Shown here piece after piece: positions 1 through 9,374 of a stretch of 64,000 nucleotides of DNA. Below the pieces are notes generated by a model. It made no database searches. It saw only the letters and a program-made list of their open reading frames with translations, and was not told the origin of the DNA. Position numbers and translations under genes: made by a program. The stretch spans positions 124,001 through 188,000 of the IMG/VR virus record IMGVR_UViG_3300029258_002750; one strand, written 5' to 3'. Within the stretch, counting starts at the first letter, position 1, and every line of letters begins with the position of its first letter.

Positions 1-6
1 TCGGCC

Positions 7-402
7 TCAGAAGGGGAACTCACTCGGATCGATCCCTGGTTCAATGTCGTTCGCGACCTCGGCCAGTCCGACGACGGCGCCCTTGTGGTCGAGGATCTGC
101 TCCCGCATCTTGTCTCGGTAGACCTCTCCCGCGTACGCGCGAGCAGTGTTGTCGAGGCTCTCCCACGTGCTCCTGTGCTGGATCGAGCAGAAGATGAGCA
201 CGCGCTTCTTCGGTCCCTTTCGGAACATGCCGCCCATCTCCAGCACCGTCGAGACGTGGGAGGCGTTGTGTGCTACCCAGCCGGGCGGCAGGTCGCCCCG
301 GAAGTAGTCCTTGGCGTCCCGCGCCTGCTTGTGGATCGCAGCCTCGGCCTTCATCTTCGTTCCGCACAGTTCGCACGTGAAGGTGACATCGATGCCGCTC
401 AC
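7..402 (-). CDS. hypothetical protein, Cys/His metal-binding (CELC...CSIQH)
   Basis: GTG start re-called at 402, GTGA overlap with upstream stop. Confidence 0.75.
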   Translation of the reverse strand: MSGIDVTFTCELCGTKMKAEAAIHKQARDAKDYFRGDLPPGWVAHNASHVSTVLEMGGMFRKGPKKRVLIFCSIQHRSTWESLDNTARAYAGEVYRDKMREQILDHKGAVVGLAEVANDIEPGIDPSEFPF

Positions 403-680
403 GTGCTCTCTCCGACACTCGCCAGCCGATCGATCGCCGAGCACGAGTCGAGCGGGGCCTCGGCCCACTCGTACTGGCAGGTCCGACAGGAGCGGTGCAT
501 GTGCTCCTCGGCGGAGAGCCTGCCTTCCATCAGGCGATTGCCGATCGTCGCCGGTACTGACAGCCCGCTCTTCAGCCTCTTCTTCAAGAACGGCTGTGCC
601 TTGACCCACACCACGTGGATGTCGCGCTGGCCGCACTTGGGGCAGGAGCGATCGTGTCGGTAAGGCTTCAGCTCGCTCAC
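399..680 (-). CDS. Zn-ribbon protein with C-tag
   Basis: CPKC...CRTC; ends SAIDRLASV; GTGA-coupled start. Confidence 0.8.
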   Translation of the reverse strand: MSELKPYRHDRSCPKCGQRDIHVVWVKAQPFLKKRLKSGLSVPATIGNRLMEGRLSAEEHMHRSCRTCQYEWAEAPLDSCSAIDRLASVGEST

Positions 681-865
681 GCGTTCGCCTTGTAGTGCAG
701 GTCGCCGATCCACATCCCGCAGACACAGCAGCAGCCGACGTCACCGGCCCAGTGATCGGTGCGTAGGACGGTGGTGAGTTCCCCCTCCACCTCAGCCTGC
801 TTCGGCTCGTGGTCCTTGCACCAGACCGTGCTCTTCTCATCGAACCAGGCGATAACCTCGTCCAT
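677..865 (-). CDS. small Cys-rich hypothetical protein
   Basis: coupled ORF; WCKDH, CCCVC. Confidence 0.7.
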   Translation of the reverse strand: MDEVIAWFDEKSTVWCKDHEPKQAEVEGELTTVLRTDHWAGDVGCCCVCGMWIGDLHYKANA

Positions 866-1149
866 CAGTCCATCCCACTTGGAGCGGTCGATCTCTTCGC
901 CTGCTCCTCGGCGTAGATCCGATTCGCGTAGTCCGCGTAGGCGGAGAAGATCTCCCTGTCATCTCCCCAACTGGCGATCTCCTTTCGGCCCCTCTCGGTG
1001 CAGTGACCGGCCGAGATGAGACCGAGACGCGACAGGGAGATGACCAGCTCGCGGCCCTCTTGGGTATCGGTCACGCCGACGCTGAACCAGTGGTAGTAGT
1101 AGCGCAGGAGCATCAGCTTTTGCTCTTGCGTCAGGTCCGAACCGGCCAC
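865..1149 (-). CDS. hypothetical protein
   Basis: coupled ORF (TGATG overlap). Confidence 0.7.
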   Translation of the reverse strand: MAGSDLTQEQKLMLLRYYYHWFSVGVTDTQEGRELVISLSRLGLISAGHCTERGRKEIASWGDDREIFSAYADYANRIYAEEQAKRSTAPSGMD

Positions 1150-1152
1150 TTC

Positions 1153-1347
1153 TTACTCCTCTGGGATCGGTCCCAGTCGCAGCTTCTTGGAAACGGATAC
1201 CATTCGCTCGTGGGTGACCGATCCCGCGCACGTCTTGCAGAGAGGGCTACAGCTGTTACCCCACCAGTAGCAGGTGTGCTTGCCGCAGATCACGCAGACC
1301 TCGACGACTTCGTCGCACGGCTGTTCTCTGGTCACTGGTACGGGCAT
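1153..1347 (-). CDS. small Zn-finger protein
   Basis: CVIC...CKTC; ATG at 1347 overlaps upstream stop. Confidence 0.7.
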   Translation of the reverse strand: MPVPVTREQPCDEVVEVCVICGKHTCYWWGNSCSPLCKTCAGSVTHERMVSVSKKLRLGPIPEE

Positions 1348-1559
1348 CAGTCCAGCCACTTCTCGCACCCGCGTTTCATGTTCTCCAGCGCCTCGTACTG
1401 GGCTTCGGTCACGTGCCGCCGGTCCTCGATCCAGGCGCGGATGTCCCGCACTTTCTCCTCGACCGACCCGGCGAACTCCTCGGCCTTCTCGGGCAGCTCG
1501 TTGTCGATCATGTCGAGGATCTCATCGGCGATCTCGAGCGCGCTCTCCCAGTCAGCCAT
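1347..1559 (-). CDS. acidic helical hypothetical protein
   Basis: ATG at 1559 with GGAG upstream. Confidence 0.7.
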   Translation of the reverse strand: MADWESALEIADEILDMIDNELPEKAEEFAGSVEEKVRDIRAWIEDRRHVTEAQYEALENMKRGCEKWLD

Positions 1560-2208
1560 CTCGTCTCCCGCAGCAGCGCTTCCACTTCTTCCCGGAGCCA
1601 CAACCGCACGGTGCGTTGCGGCCTGTCTTCTTCCTCGGTCGGCGGTAGGTTCCGGCGTGCTTGAAGTAGCGGTGCAGGTGGCCATCGGACGTCATGGCCT
1701 CCTTGATGCCCAAGCCGGTGGTGAGCAGCCGCTCCAGCCAGTTGTCCGCGAACCACGACCACACGCCCCCGGGCAGCGGCGAGAACCGATCGTTGAGCAG
1801 CTCGGTCAGGTCGGTCAGGCCCTCGGGGGTCTCCTCCGACTCTTCGTTCACGTCCATCTGGTAGACCGCCCAGACGGCGATCTCGATGAGCGTGAGCACC
1901 TCGGTGACGCTGGCGTTGATGACCGATCCCTCGATGTGATCGGCCGCGCCGAACACGCGCAGGAGCAGCTTGGCGATGTCCTCGTCGTCCGGGTGGACGC
2001 CGTTCCGCTTCCGGGAGAGCCGGATACCCTCCTCGACGGCCTCGGGACACGTGGAGATGAGCCACTTGAAGATCAGGCCCGCGCCCTTCGGGGTCTCGAT
2101 CTCCCACGACGATCCCAGGCACGGGAATCCTTTACGGGCCGCGTGCTTGGTGGCGCGCGCCACGTCGGCCTGGATCTCGGCGATCATCTCGGGCGCGGGC
2201 TTCTCCAT
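1552..2208 (-). CDS. SEC-C motif protein
   Basis: C-terminal GRNAPCGCGSGKKWKRCCG; GGGTAGAAC-N6-ATG. Confidence 0.85.
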   Translation of the reverse strand: MEKPAPEMIAEIQADVARATKHAARKGFPCLGSSWEIETPKGAGLIFKWLISTCPEAVEEGIRLSRKRNGVHPDDEDIAKLLLRVFGAADHIEGSVINASVTEVLTLIEIAVWAVYQMDVNEESEETPEGLTDLTELLNDRFSPLPGGVWSWFADNWLERLLTTGLGIKEAMTSDGHLHRYFKHAGTYRRPRKKTGRNAPCGCGSGKKWKRCCGRRDG

Positions 2209-2214
2209 ACCGAT

Positions 2215-2223
2215 GTTCTACCC
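2215..2223 (-). promoter_or_regulatory. GGGTAGAAC putative promoter, leaderless
   Basis: 6 nt before ATG 2208; its TAG is the upstream stop. Confidence 0.75.
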
Positions 2224-2493
2224 GGGACTGGCGCCCATCCAGCCGAGTTGTGTCACAGCATCAGGGATCTTGCAGCGGTCGCGCCGGACCGAGATGACTA
2301 GGCCGCTTGGCAGCTTCACCAGGTAGCAGTCCGGCGGCGCAATCATGTAGACCTTGGTGTGCCAGACGCCCTGGTCCCGCTGGTGTTGGGTGTGGATTCC
2401 CAAGTTCAGGTCTACGACCGTCCCCCACGTGTATCGGCAGCGTGGGAACGGTGGCGAGAAGATCACCCGGGAGCCGACCGTGAGGAAGTTCAC
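2218..2493 (-). CDS. SH3/KOW-like protein with C-tag
   Basis: LTVGSRVIF; ends DAVTQLGWM. Confidence 0.75.
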   Translation of the reverse strand: MNFLTVGSRVIFSPPFPRCRYTWGTVVDLNLGIHTQHQRDQGVWHTKVYMIAPPDCYLVKLPSGLVISVRRDRCKIPDAVTQLGWMGASPG

Positions 2494-3071
2494 CGGACGA
2501 CGGCGGCCAGCTGATCGATCGCGCTCAGGGGTCCCAACTCGTCCAGCTCCACGTGCAGGGAGGCGATCTTGATTCCTTTGGCCTCGAAAACGACCAGGAG
2601 CACGTAGTCCTGGTCTCGGCTCGGCTCGGTGGCGCACTTCCAGTCCTTCGCGCGCCTGCGCCATCGCCGGTAACCCGCGCCGTCGCGCATCCCCTCGGGC
2701 GGGTCGGTGTTGTCCCAGTACGGGTAGTCCTCGACGTAGTCCGGCATTACCAGGTTGCCGCGCAGCTCGTGCTCGCCCCAGGGGGAAGCGAAGGTGAAGC
2801 GACCCTTCTCGGGGATCCAGATCTTCCAGCCGCACTCCAGGTCGAACCACGGTCGCCGGAACGACTCCTTGGCGATCTCGCGGAACATATCCATCGTCGC
2901 CATCACGCGGTGGCTCCAGGTATCGACCTCGACCCTCTCGGCCTTGAGCTGAGATGCGATCAGGCGCGCCCGGTCCCGGATGATCTGCCACTGAGCGTGA
3001 CGGACGTCTCGAATGAACGCCGCCAACTTGGCCTTCGGAAAGCGCTTGCCTTCGTAGATCTTGGTGCTCAC
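2490..3071 (-). CDS. hypothetical protein with C-tag
   Basis: GTG 3071; ends SAIDQLAAV. Confidence 0.8.
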   Translation of the reverse strand: MSTKIYEGKRFPKAKLAAFIRDVRHAQWQIIRDRARLIASQLKAERVEVDTWSHRVMATMDMFREIAKESFRRPWFDLECGWKIWIPEKGRFTFASPWGEHELRGNLVMPDYVEDYPYWDNTDPPEGMRDGAGYRRWRRRAKDWKCATEPSRDQDYVLLVVFEAKGIKIASLHVELDELGPLSAIDQLAAVVR

Positions 3072-3325
3072 TCGCCTTTGCCCTCCTCGCGCAGCAGCCG
3101 ATCGCCCAGGACGGATAGACGGGTGATCGCGTTGTCGGTGTAGGGCTCCCAGTCGTCGTATTCGTCCGCTCGCGACATCTGCATCCACTCATAGGCCACG
3201 TCGCAGACGTAGATGTCTTCCTCGAAGCCGGTCATTCTTTCGGCGTACGCTGGCTCGTTGTTGATCGCGGCCGGTCGCTTCGCCAGGCCGCTCTCGCTCA
3301 TCTCGATCGCGCGGCGGACCTTCAC
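3068..3325 (-). CDS. DUF2829-like-outline protein with C-tag
   Basis: RRAIEMSESGLAKR...DDWEP; NAITRLSVL. Confidence 0.7.
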   Translation of the reverse strand: MKVRRAIEMSESGLAKRPAAINNEPAYAERMTGFEEDIYVCDVAYEWMQMSRADEYDDWEPYTDNAITRLSVLGDRLLREEGKGE

Positions 3326-3573
3326 GTCAGCGCCGCCAGCCGCGAGATGGCGTCGGCCTGGATCAGCTCGTGAGTCCAGCGGTGGTAGGTGGCCCTCGAG
3401 TTGCCGAATCGCGGGCCGAGTTGGAAATCGACGACCCACAAGAGGCACTCGCCGATCCCATCAGGATCGTGACCCTCGGGGCACTCGCCGTGGATGCTGT
3501 CGCACACCCACTTGACGACCTCGCCCTCCCAGCCGTGGTCGCGATCGATCACTCGTAGCCCGGGGCGGATCAT
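3322..3573 (-). CDS. SH3/KOW-like protein with C-tag
   Basis: IRPGLRVID..WEGEVV; ends DAISRLAAL. Confidence 0.8.
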   Translation of the reverse strand: MIRPGLRVIDRDHGWEGEVVKWVCDSIHGECPEGHDPDGIGECLLWVVDFQLGPRFGNSRATYHRWTHELIQADAISRLAALT

Positions 3574-3579
3574 GGTGAC

Positions 3580-3588
3580 GTTCTACCC
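3580..3588 (-). promoter_or_regulatory. GGGTAGAAC putative promoter, leaderless
   Basis: 6 nt before ATG 3573. Confidence 0.75.
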
Positions 3589-3618
3589 CGGGTCAGCGCT
3601 CTACCCCGGGTCAGCGCT
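3583..3618. repeat. 18-bp tandem duplication CTACCCCGGGTCAGCGCT x2
   Basis: read directly; overlaps promoter and a GTCAGCGCTGAC palindrome. Confidence 0.9.
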
Positions 3619-3625
3619 GACTCGG

Positions 3626-4003
3626 CTATGGACTGACGGTAATGGCCGTCACGTGACCGGCCGTCGAGCTTCCATCTGCCGAGCGGACCTCGAACTGGAC
3701 TCGGAAGTTGCCCGCCAGTGTCGGTGTTCCGCTCACCACGCCGTCCGGTGATGTCGCCAGGCCGGTGGCCGAAAGCCCTCCGTCGTCCGAGAACGTGTAC
3801 GGCTGAACGCCGTACTGCGCAGTCAGGCGGTAGCTGTAAGCCTGACCGACCGTCCCATCTGGCGGGGAGATCGTCGCGAACTCGACGGCTCGAGTAGGCG
3901 TGGAGCTGGTTGTTGTCGTCTTGTCTCCATCGGAATCGCTACATCCGGCAGCGAACAAGCCGACGCACAGAACGAACGCGGCGGAGGAGATCAGGGCTCT
4001 CAT
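3626..4003 (-). CDS. lipoprotein with putative Ig (He_PIG-like) domain
   Basis: signal + lipobox FAAG-C; GTVGQAYSYRLTA...G.VSGTPT.AG.F pattern. Confidence 0.8.
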   Translation of the reverse strand: MRALISSAAFVLCVGLFAAGCSDSDGDKTTTTSSTPTRAVEFATISPPDGTVGQAYSYRLTAQYGVQPYTFSDDGGLSATGLATSPDGVVSGTPTLAGNFRVQFEVRSADGSSTAGHVTAITVSP

Positions 4004-4016
4004 CCCTCATGGCTCT

Positions 4017-4316
4017 CTACCACCTTCCCCGAACCACACCCTGTCTTGGTTCCGTGCGGATGTCCAGCTGATCGGCAATGTTCGCCAGGCGATCGACCAC
4101 ATCGAGCGGCCGGAGGAACATCTGCCACGTGTCGGCGGTGGTGTCCGGCTCGGGGCCATCGAGCACCGTGAACTCGTACATCGGGTCGCCGAACTCCTGG
4201 TCTATGAACTGCCGGGTGATGCGCACGCGCCAGGCGGGTGTGATAGTGTCTCCGCGCCACCAGACGACCTCGCCGATCTTGAACAGGAACGGGTAGATGG
4301 GCTCGGTGAATCTCAC
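4017..4316 (-). CDS. SH3/KOW-like protein with C-tag
   Basis: FKIGEVVWW; DVVDRLANI. Confidence 0.75.
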   Translation of the reverse strand: MRFTEPIYPFLFKIGEVVWWRGDTITPAWRVRITRQFIDQEFGDPMYEFTVLDGPEPDTTADTWQMFLRPLDVVDRLANIADQLDIRTEPRQGVVRGRW

Positions 4317-4495
4317 CCGCAGACCGGGCACTTGGCGAGCAGCCGCCGCGCGCCTGCGCCGCTCGCGACCTTCCATCCCTTCGGCAGCTCGAATGGACCG
4401 CCCTTCGCCTTCTTGTGGCAGCCGGGCTTCGCCGTGCCGCGCACGTGCGCCATGCAGGTCCAGTGGGTCTTCTTCGGTTTCTTCGGTCGGCTCAC
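4313..4495 (-). CDS. small basic Zn-binding protein
   Basis: Lys-rich; CPVCG terminus. Confidence 0.65.
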   Translation of the reverse strand: MSRPKKPKKTHWTCMAHVRGTAKPGCHKKAKGGPFELPKGWKVASGAGARRLLAKCPVCG

Positions 4496-4496
4496 G

Positions 4497-4817
4497 CTAG
4501 TATCCGTCGTCCATTTCGCCCGTGTAGTCGATGAACTTGGTACCGGGGGTCTTGGTCGGGTCGTGGCTCAGGTGGTTCGGGTCCACGATCTTGAAGTTCT
4601 CCAGGGGATCGCGCGGAGTGTTGCGCGGAACGTCGAACGACAGCGACACGATGTCGACGCCCTCGGAGTCGCCCGGCTCGATGTCGGCCGTGACGTTCTT
4701 GAGGATGAACTCCTTACCGTCGAGCGCCAGTCGGATCTCGGGTACGGGTTTCTGCTCCAGCACGCGGTTCAGCCACGCTTGGAAGTCGGTGATCACGCCG
4801 AACTCGGGATCGATCAT
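4497..4817 (-). CDS. hypothetical protein
   Basis: ATG 4817 overlaps upstream stop. Confidence 0.7.
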   Translation of the reverse strand: MIDPEFGVITDFQAWLNRVLEQKPVPEIRLALDGKEFILKNVTADIEPGDSEGVDIVSLSFDVPRNTPRDPLENFKIVDPNHLSHDPTKTPGTKFIDYTGEMDDGY

Positions 4818-5065
4818 GATGCGCGCTCGATTCGTGCGTCTGGTTGGAACAGCCCATCGCGGAGCCTCTCGGCCCACACCTTCTCGAAGTGTCTAGCTCG
4901 TCTCCGGTCGGGCGTGTAACGAGTCTCCTGCATTCCGCGTTCGATGCAGATCCGATCGATCCACATCTGCGAGATGCCATCGCCGTACGTGCAGGAGACG
5001 ATGTAGCCCTCGCCCGGCGCGGGGTGCGGGCTACCGATGATGTCAGCGAACTCGTTGTTGTTCAC
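4814..5065 (-). CDS. hypothetical protein
   Basis: coupled ORF. Confidence 0.7.
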   Translation of the reverse strand: MNNNEFADIIGSPHPAPGEGYIVSCTYGDGISQMWIDRICIERGMQETRYTPDRRRARHFEKVWAERLRDGLFQPDARIERAS

Positions 5066-5343
5066 AGGCCCAATACCTCCAGCACGGACGCGGTTTCGTT
5101 ACGCTCGATCTTCTCGCTTCGCACGAGGTGGGAGACGAACGCGACCAGCTCCGACTTCGGGAGCACGAACTTGGCTTCCGCCGACCAGGTGACGGTCTTG
5201 AGACCGTTGCGGTCCTCGGGCTCGCCTTGCATCAGCTGGACGATCTCAACCTCGCCGCCCTCGATGCCGGAATCGCAGCTGAACACGTACTTGGTCTTCG
5301 CCAGGCCGTCATGCTCCACCTCAGTTCGGAACGTGTGGCTCAC
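5062..5343 (-). CDS. hypothetical protein
   Basis: GTG 5343 coupled. Confidence 0.7.
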   Translation of the reverse strand: MSHTFRTEVEHDGLAKTKYVFSCDSGIEGGEVEIVQLMQGEPEDRNGLKTVTWSAEAKFVLPKSELVAFVSHLVRSEKIERNETASVLEVLGL

Positions 5344-5975
5344 GGCTCTCCCTCGGTCTCCCGAATGCGGACAACCTCGTACCAGTCGACCTCGCACCGA
5401 GTGTGAGTCCACGCGGCGTCCTCGTCGACCTCCGGGTTGTCGTCCTCCAGCACGAAGACGACGAACTTGTGACGCTCCTGCTTCGGCGGTACCAGGACGC
5501 GGGCCTTCGCCCACCGCACGCGTTTTCTCCATGCGGCGAGCGATTGATCTGCCGCCTCGCGTGGCGTGATCGGCTCGCTGAGTCGCTGCGTGAGCTGGAA
5601 GCAGCGGTCCACGCCTTCTACGAAGCCCTCGTCGGCGATACGGACGATCTCGCCTGCCTGGATCCACTCGTTCTCGCGGTCGCGCGCCTGTCTGAACGCT
5701 TCGGCCTCGGCCCGCAGGTCTGCGATGGTCTGCTTCCAGCCGATCCAGGCGAGGTGATCCACGACCTCCAGCCGGGCGGTTTCCTCGGGTGCAAACGGGA
5801 ACCGGGCACCACAGGCCGACTCGAGGATCAGCGTGTCGTTCTCGACCTCCGTCGTCGTCTGCTCGACCACCTTGGCCAGGACCCCGGCCCACGCATCGGG
5901 AACGTCCGAGCTGGCAGACACGCGCAGGACATCGCCCGGCTTGATCTCGTTCTTCGCGACCATGTGAGTCAGCAC
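5340..5975 (-). CDS. SH3-like N-terminus plus coiled region
   Basis: IKPGDVLRV; internal tag-like EVVDHLAWI. Confidence 0.7.
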   Translation of the reverse strand: MLTHMVAKNEIKPGDVLRVSASSDVPDAWAGVLAKVVEQTTTEVENDTLILESACGARFPFAPEETARLEVVDHLAWIGWKQTIADLRAEAEAFRQARDRENEWIQAGEIVRIADEGFVEGVDRCFQLTQRLSEPITPREAADQSLAAWRKRVRWAKARVLVPPKQERHKFVVFVLEDDNPEVDEDAAWTHTRCEVDWYEVVRIRETEGEP

Positions 5976-6014
5976 GATGGCCTCACTCGTTGGCGGCCCC
6001 CAGCTCTCGGTGGG

Positions 6015-6551
6015 TCACGACCACTCCTCCAGTCCGGTGATGAGCGCGCCGATCTCCGCCAGCTTGGTCTCGGCGACCGCAACCACGGCGCGGATCGCTT
6101 CTTCGGGCGTGTCTCCGTGCTCGGCCCATCTGCCGCCAGACGAGTCCGGGCTTCCCAGGAACGCGGTGTAGTGATCGGGCAGGATCGCGGCCAGCTGATC
6201 GATCGCCGATCCCTTCAGCGTGGTTTCGCCGGTCCGACAGTTGTACGTGCCGTGTCGCCAGTGCTCCTTGAGCTTGATCCTGCGGCACGGCGACCAGACC
6301 GTGTAGTGCCAGCCCATGTTCTCGTGCACCTCGGCGGTCCAGCCCTTGCCCATGTGCTTGGCCAGTGCGTGCGCACGGCGCCTCGCCACCTGGTAAGCCT
6401 TCCAGGTGCACTTCGTACCGCACCACGGCGCGCAGTAGAGGTCGCCTTTACGAACGGCGCGCTTCGAGTAGAGATCCTCGATCTCTTTCTCTCGCTCGGC
6501 GGCCGTCTTGATCTTCTTCCGCTTCCGCTTCCTCCTCGATCGCGTTGTCAT
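6015..6551 (-). CDS. hypothetical protein with internal C-tag
   Basis: internal SAIDQLAAI; leaderless start. Confidence 0.8.
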   Translation of the reverse strand: MTTRSRRKRKRKKIKTAAEREKEIEDLYSKRAVRKGDLYCAPWCGTKCTWKAYQVARRRAHALAKHMGKGWTAEVHENMGWHYTVWSPCRRIKLKEHWRHGTYNCRTGETTLKGSAIDQLAAILPDHYTAFLGSPDSSGGRWAEHGDTPEEAIRAVVAVAETKLAEIGALITGLEEWS

Positions 6552-6832
6552 GGTGTCGTTCTACCCAGCTCGGCGAGACGCTCGATCGCGCCGCCAGGTC
6601 GTAGCTCGTGCTCCATGAACCACTGACCATCCTCCGGTTGGTGGTTCTCCAAGAAGATGCGGTAGACCGGCGGGTGTAGCTTGGTGCCTCGATCGACGGC
6701 GACCACACGCCCGCGCCGCAGATCGAGCGAGACGACCTCCACCAACTCGCCCTTCTCGAAGCCGATCTTGGGCATGACGAGCGGCTCGACGGTGATCTCT
6801 TCCGATCGCGCGGTCAGGAAGTACTTGGGCAC
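6548..6832 (-). CDS. SH3/KOW-like protein with C-tag
   Basis: FEKGELVEV...WFMEHELRP; GAIERLAEL. Confidence 0.8.
   Translation of the reverse strand: MPKYFLTARSEEITVEPLVMPKIGFEKGELVEVVSLDLRRGRVVAVDRGTKLHPPVYRIFLENHQPEDGQWFMEHELRPGGAIERLAELGRTTP
6558..6566 (-). promoter_or_regulatory. GGGTAGAAC putative promoter, leaderless
   Basis: 6 nt before ATG 6551. Confidence 0.75.
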
Positions 6833-7026
6833 TCGTCCTCCTCGGCCAGCTGAAGCACGAAGAACGACAGCTCGCAGGCCGGACTGTTCTTGCTCTCGGC
6901 CTCGTCGAGCACACGTCGCGCGCACGCGAACATCCGCTCGCACTTGCCGCCGGTCACCGCGTCGATTGCTCGTCGTGCCTGAGCCCGCTTGCGCGCCTGC
7001 CTGTTGTCTGGCGCGCCGTACCTCAC
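6814..7026 (-). CDS. hypothetical protein
   Basis: coupled ORF. Confidence 0.6.
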   Translation of the reverse strand: MRYGAPDNRQARKRAQARRAIDAVTGGKCERMFACARRVLDEAESKNSPACELSFFVLQLAEEDECPSTS

Positions 7027-7361
7027 AGATCCTCGATGCTCCGTAGGCCCAGCCGGACCTCTTCCAGAGCCTTCTTCCTGGCGGTGAGCCGATCGGCTTC
7101 GGCGAGCATGGCGGCAGCCTGGTCTCTAGTGTGCCGGTCGTACTCTCCGTCGGTGTCCCCGGCCACATGCTCTAGTCCTCGGACGGTTGCGGCGAACATC
7201 GCGTTGAGCCTGCGGTCGAATCTCTCCCGGCGACGCCAGTATGCCCAGCTGTGAATGAGCCGATACCACCAGGAGCCGTGGGCGAGCCGGTCGCTCTCGG
7301 CCCTCAGCTTTTCCAGCTCGCGCCGCATCGATTCGTGGAGCTGCATCTCCTCGGGGGTCAT
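7023..7361 (-). CDS. helical hypothetical protein
   Basis: ATG 7361 coupled. Confidence 0.7.
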   Translation of the reverse strand: MTPEEMQLHESMRRELEKLRAESDRLAHGSWWYRLIHSWAYWRRRERFDRRLNAMFAATVRGLEHVAGDTDGEYDRHTRDQAAAMLAEADRLTARKKALEEVRLGLRSIEDL

Positions 7362-7966
7362 GCGATTCTCCGGCCGCAGCACCGCTTGTACTTCTTCCCG
7401 CTCCGGCATGGGCACGGATCGTTGCGCCTGAGCTTCTCCCCGGGTCGGCGGTAGGTGGACGCGGCCCGCGTGATCCGGCTGTGGTGCTCCCTGGAGGCGC
7501 TGGCTTCCATTGCGGCTCCTGCTGACATGGTGACTCGGTTCCAGAACATCGACCAGGAACCAAACGCCAGGCGATCTCCATCGGCCAGGCACTCGAACCA
7601 CTCGATGAGCCCGTCGCCGGTCTTTCTGTCAACACCGTGCTCCTCGGCCGCGCTCGACAGCGTACCGGCGAGGAGGATCAGCCCTCCCGATCCAGTAAGG
7701 AACCGGACGCCGTAGCCCTCGGGCGTGCCCCGGAGCGCCTCGGTGATGGAGAGCATCTCCTCCTTGTCTCGATCAACCCACGGCTGCGACAGCATGTAGC
7801 GCTGGGCAACGTCCCAGGCCGGGTCGTTGACGACCTTCAGCAGGATCGGGATCGCGGCCCAGTCGACCTCGACGTACCAGCCTTCGTCGACCCACAGGAA
7901 CGTGTCGCGCACGTGTACTACGCCGTCCGCCATGTGGACCTGCATTCCGGGGAACAACTCGCTCAT
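7358..7966 (-). CDS. SEC-C motif protein
   Basis: C-terminal [18 protein letters not shown]; leaderless start. Confidence 0.85.
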   Translation of the reverse strand: MSELFPGMQVHMADGVVHVRDTFLWVDEGWYVEVDWAAIPILLKVVNDPAWDVAQRYMLSQPWVDRDKEEMLSITEALRGTPEGYGVRFLTGSGGLILLAGTLSSAAEEHGVDRKTGDGLIEWFECLADGDRLAFGSWSMFWNRVTMSAGAAMEASASREHHSRITRAASTYRRPGEKLRRNDPCPCRSGKKYKRCCGRRIA

Positions 7967-7972
7967 GCTGAC

Positions 7973-7981
7973 GTTCTACCC
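7973..7981 (-). promoter_or_regulatory. GGGTAGAAC putative promoter, leaderless
   Basis: 6 nt before ATG 7966; TAG is upstream stop. Confidence 0.75.
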
Positions 7982-8206
7982 AGGATCCAACTGAGCTAGC
8001 CGGTCGATCGCCGACGCTGGCCGCAGCTCGCTCTCGGCCATCAGGTAGGGCTTCGAGCGGTTCCCCAGCGCGAGCAGGTAGATCGAGCAGAAGCGATGGC
8101 CCTGTTCGTTGACGATGGAGCCCGCGATCTCAGCCAGGTGACCGTTGAGCACCGAGTTGAAGCCGGTGCTCGCGATGATCACGACGTCGCCCTCGTGGTA
8201 CCTCAC
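7976..8206 (-). CDS. SH3/KOW-like protein with C-tag
   Basis: YHEGDVVII...ESELRP; SAIDRLAQL. Confidence 0.8.
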   Translation of the reverse strand: MRYHEGDVVIIASTGFNSVLNGHLAEIAGSIVNEQGHRFCSIYLLALGNRSKPYLMAESELRPASAIDRLAQLDPG

Positions 8207-8679
8207 GGGTCGCCGGTCAGGCTCCGCAGGTCATCGGCCAGATTCCTCGCCTCCTCGGCCGTCAGCTCGAGTCGCCAATCGGCCGTCTCTCCTGCCTCGA
8301 TGACCACGCCGTTGCCCCACTCGTAGACGGCCAGGCCGTCCATCAGCTCGTGACCGTGGCCGCGCTTCGGCATTTCGGTTTCGGCTGTCGGCAGACGCAG
8401 CAACCGCGTGTCCTGCCGCCGCCGGATGCTCTCACTGGAGCCACGCCCAAGAAGCGTGAGCAATGCAAGAAGCCCGTCGTCGTCCTTATCCTCGCAGAAG
8501 ACGACGTAGCCGGAGCCGATCCCAACAGCGCCCTTCTCTCCTGGCCGCAGCCTCTCGGCCAGCTTGAAGAGACGACCGTCAGACATCACGCGCCAGAGGC
8601 GGGCGATGTCGGCTTCTTCGAGTCGCTCCTGCGCCTTCTGCAAGAAGTGCTCGGTGATCTTCACGTGTCGGACGCACAT
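8203..8679 (-). CDS. hypothetical protein
   Basis: ATG 8679 with GAGGAG; ITEHFLQKAQER motif. Confidence 0.65.
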   Translation of the reverse strand: MCVRHVKITEHFLQKAQERLEEADIARLWRVMSDGRLFKLAERLRPGEKGAVGIGSGYVVFCEDKDDDGLLALLTLLGRGSSESIRRRQDTRLLRLPTAETEMPKRGHGHELMDGLAVYEWGNGVVIEAGETADWRLELTAEEARNLADDLRSLTGDP

Positions 8680-8683
8680 CAGC

Positions 8684-8932
8684 TCATCTCCTCGGGCGCG
8701 CAGAGCGTTCACCCAACTCGGCCAGCGCGTCGATCGCCGACAACTGGACGATCGACGGGTTGTTCTCTACCCACCGTACGGGCTCGTTGCGGCCGTCGAA
8801 CTTGATCAGGTTGTAGCGACAGTAGTCGACGCCATAGTCGAGGTGATCGACGACGGTACCGCGCACTCCTTCCGGGGCCAGGACGACGCGAGAGCCGATT
8901 GGGAGCAGTCCGTTTCCTCCAGCGCGGATCAC
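8684..8932 (-). CDS. SH3-like protein with C-tag (paralog of 31894-32133)
   Basis: LPIGSRVV..GTVVDH..WVEN..IV; SAIDALAEL. Confidence 0.8.
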   Translation of the reverse strand: MIRAGGNGLLPIGSRVVLAPEGVRGTVVDHLDYGVDYCRYNLIKFDGRNEPVRWVENNPSIVQLSAIDALAELGERSARPRR

Positions 8933-9372
8933 CCCATTCCCTCCAGCGCGGCGGTCAGCGCCGACCTCGCGCGCTCGTAGCGCTTCCGCAGCCCGTGGTC
9001 CTCGGGAAGGTCCGAGAGGTTGTCCTCGATGTCGGCCAGCTTCAGCCGGATCGCTCGCCAGCTGTCGCTCGCGACGATGTCTCCGATGAACTCCATGTAC
9101 GTGCGGTCGTCCGGCCGCGAGACGAGCTGGACCGTGTCGGCGACCTCGATACCGAACCACTCCAGCAGCTCCCGGTAGGTCGTCTCGGTGTCCTCCAGTA
9201 CGTCGTGAAGGACGGCGGCCTTCTTGAGCGTCTCGTCGGCGTACAGCACGCCCAGTCGGTTCGCAACTCGGAGCGGGTGCAGCACGTAGGGCTCGCCGCC
9301 CCACCGTGTCTGCCCGTGGTGCGCCTTGACGGCCAGGATGATCGCGTCTTCGTAGGTCATGCGTGTGCCCAT
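8929..9372 (-). CDS. HD-domain hydrolase, RelA/SpoT HD / small alarmone hydrolase-like
   Basis: AHHGQTR.GGEPYVLHPLRVA, AAVLHDVLEDT, KLADIEDN. Confidence 0.85.
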   Translation of the reverse strand: MGTRMTYEDAIILAVKAHHGQTRWGGEPYVLHPLRVANRLGVLYADETLKKAAVLHDVLEDTETTYRELLEWFGIEVADTVQLVSRPDDRTYMEFIGDIVASDSWRAIRLKLADIEDNLSDLPEDHGLRKRYERARSALTAALEGMG

Positions 9373-9374
9373 GA

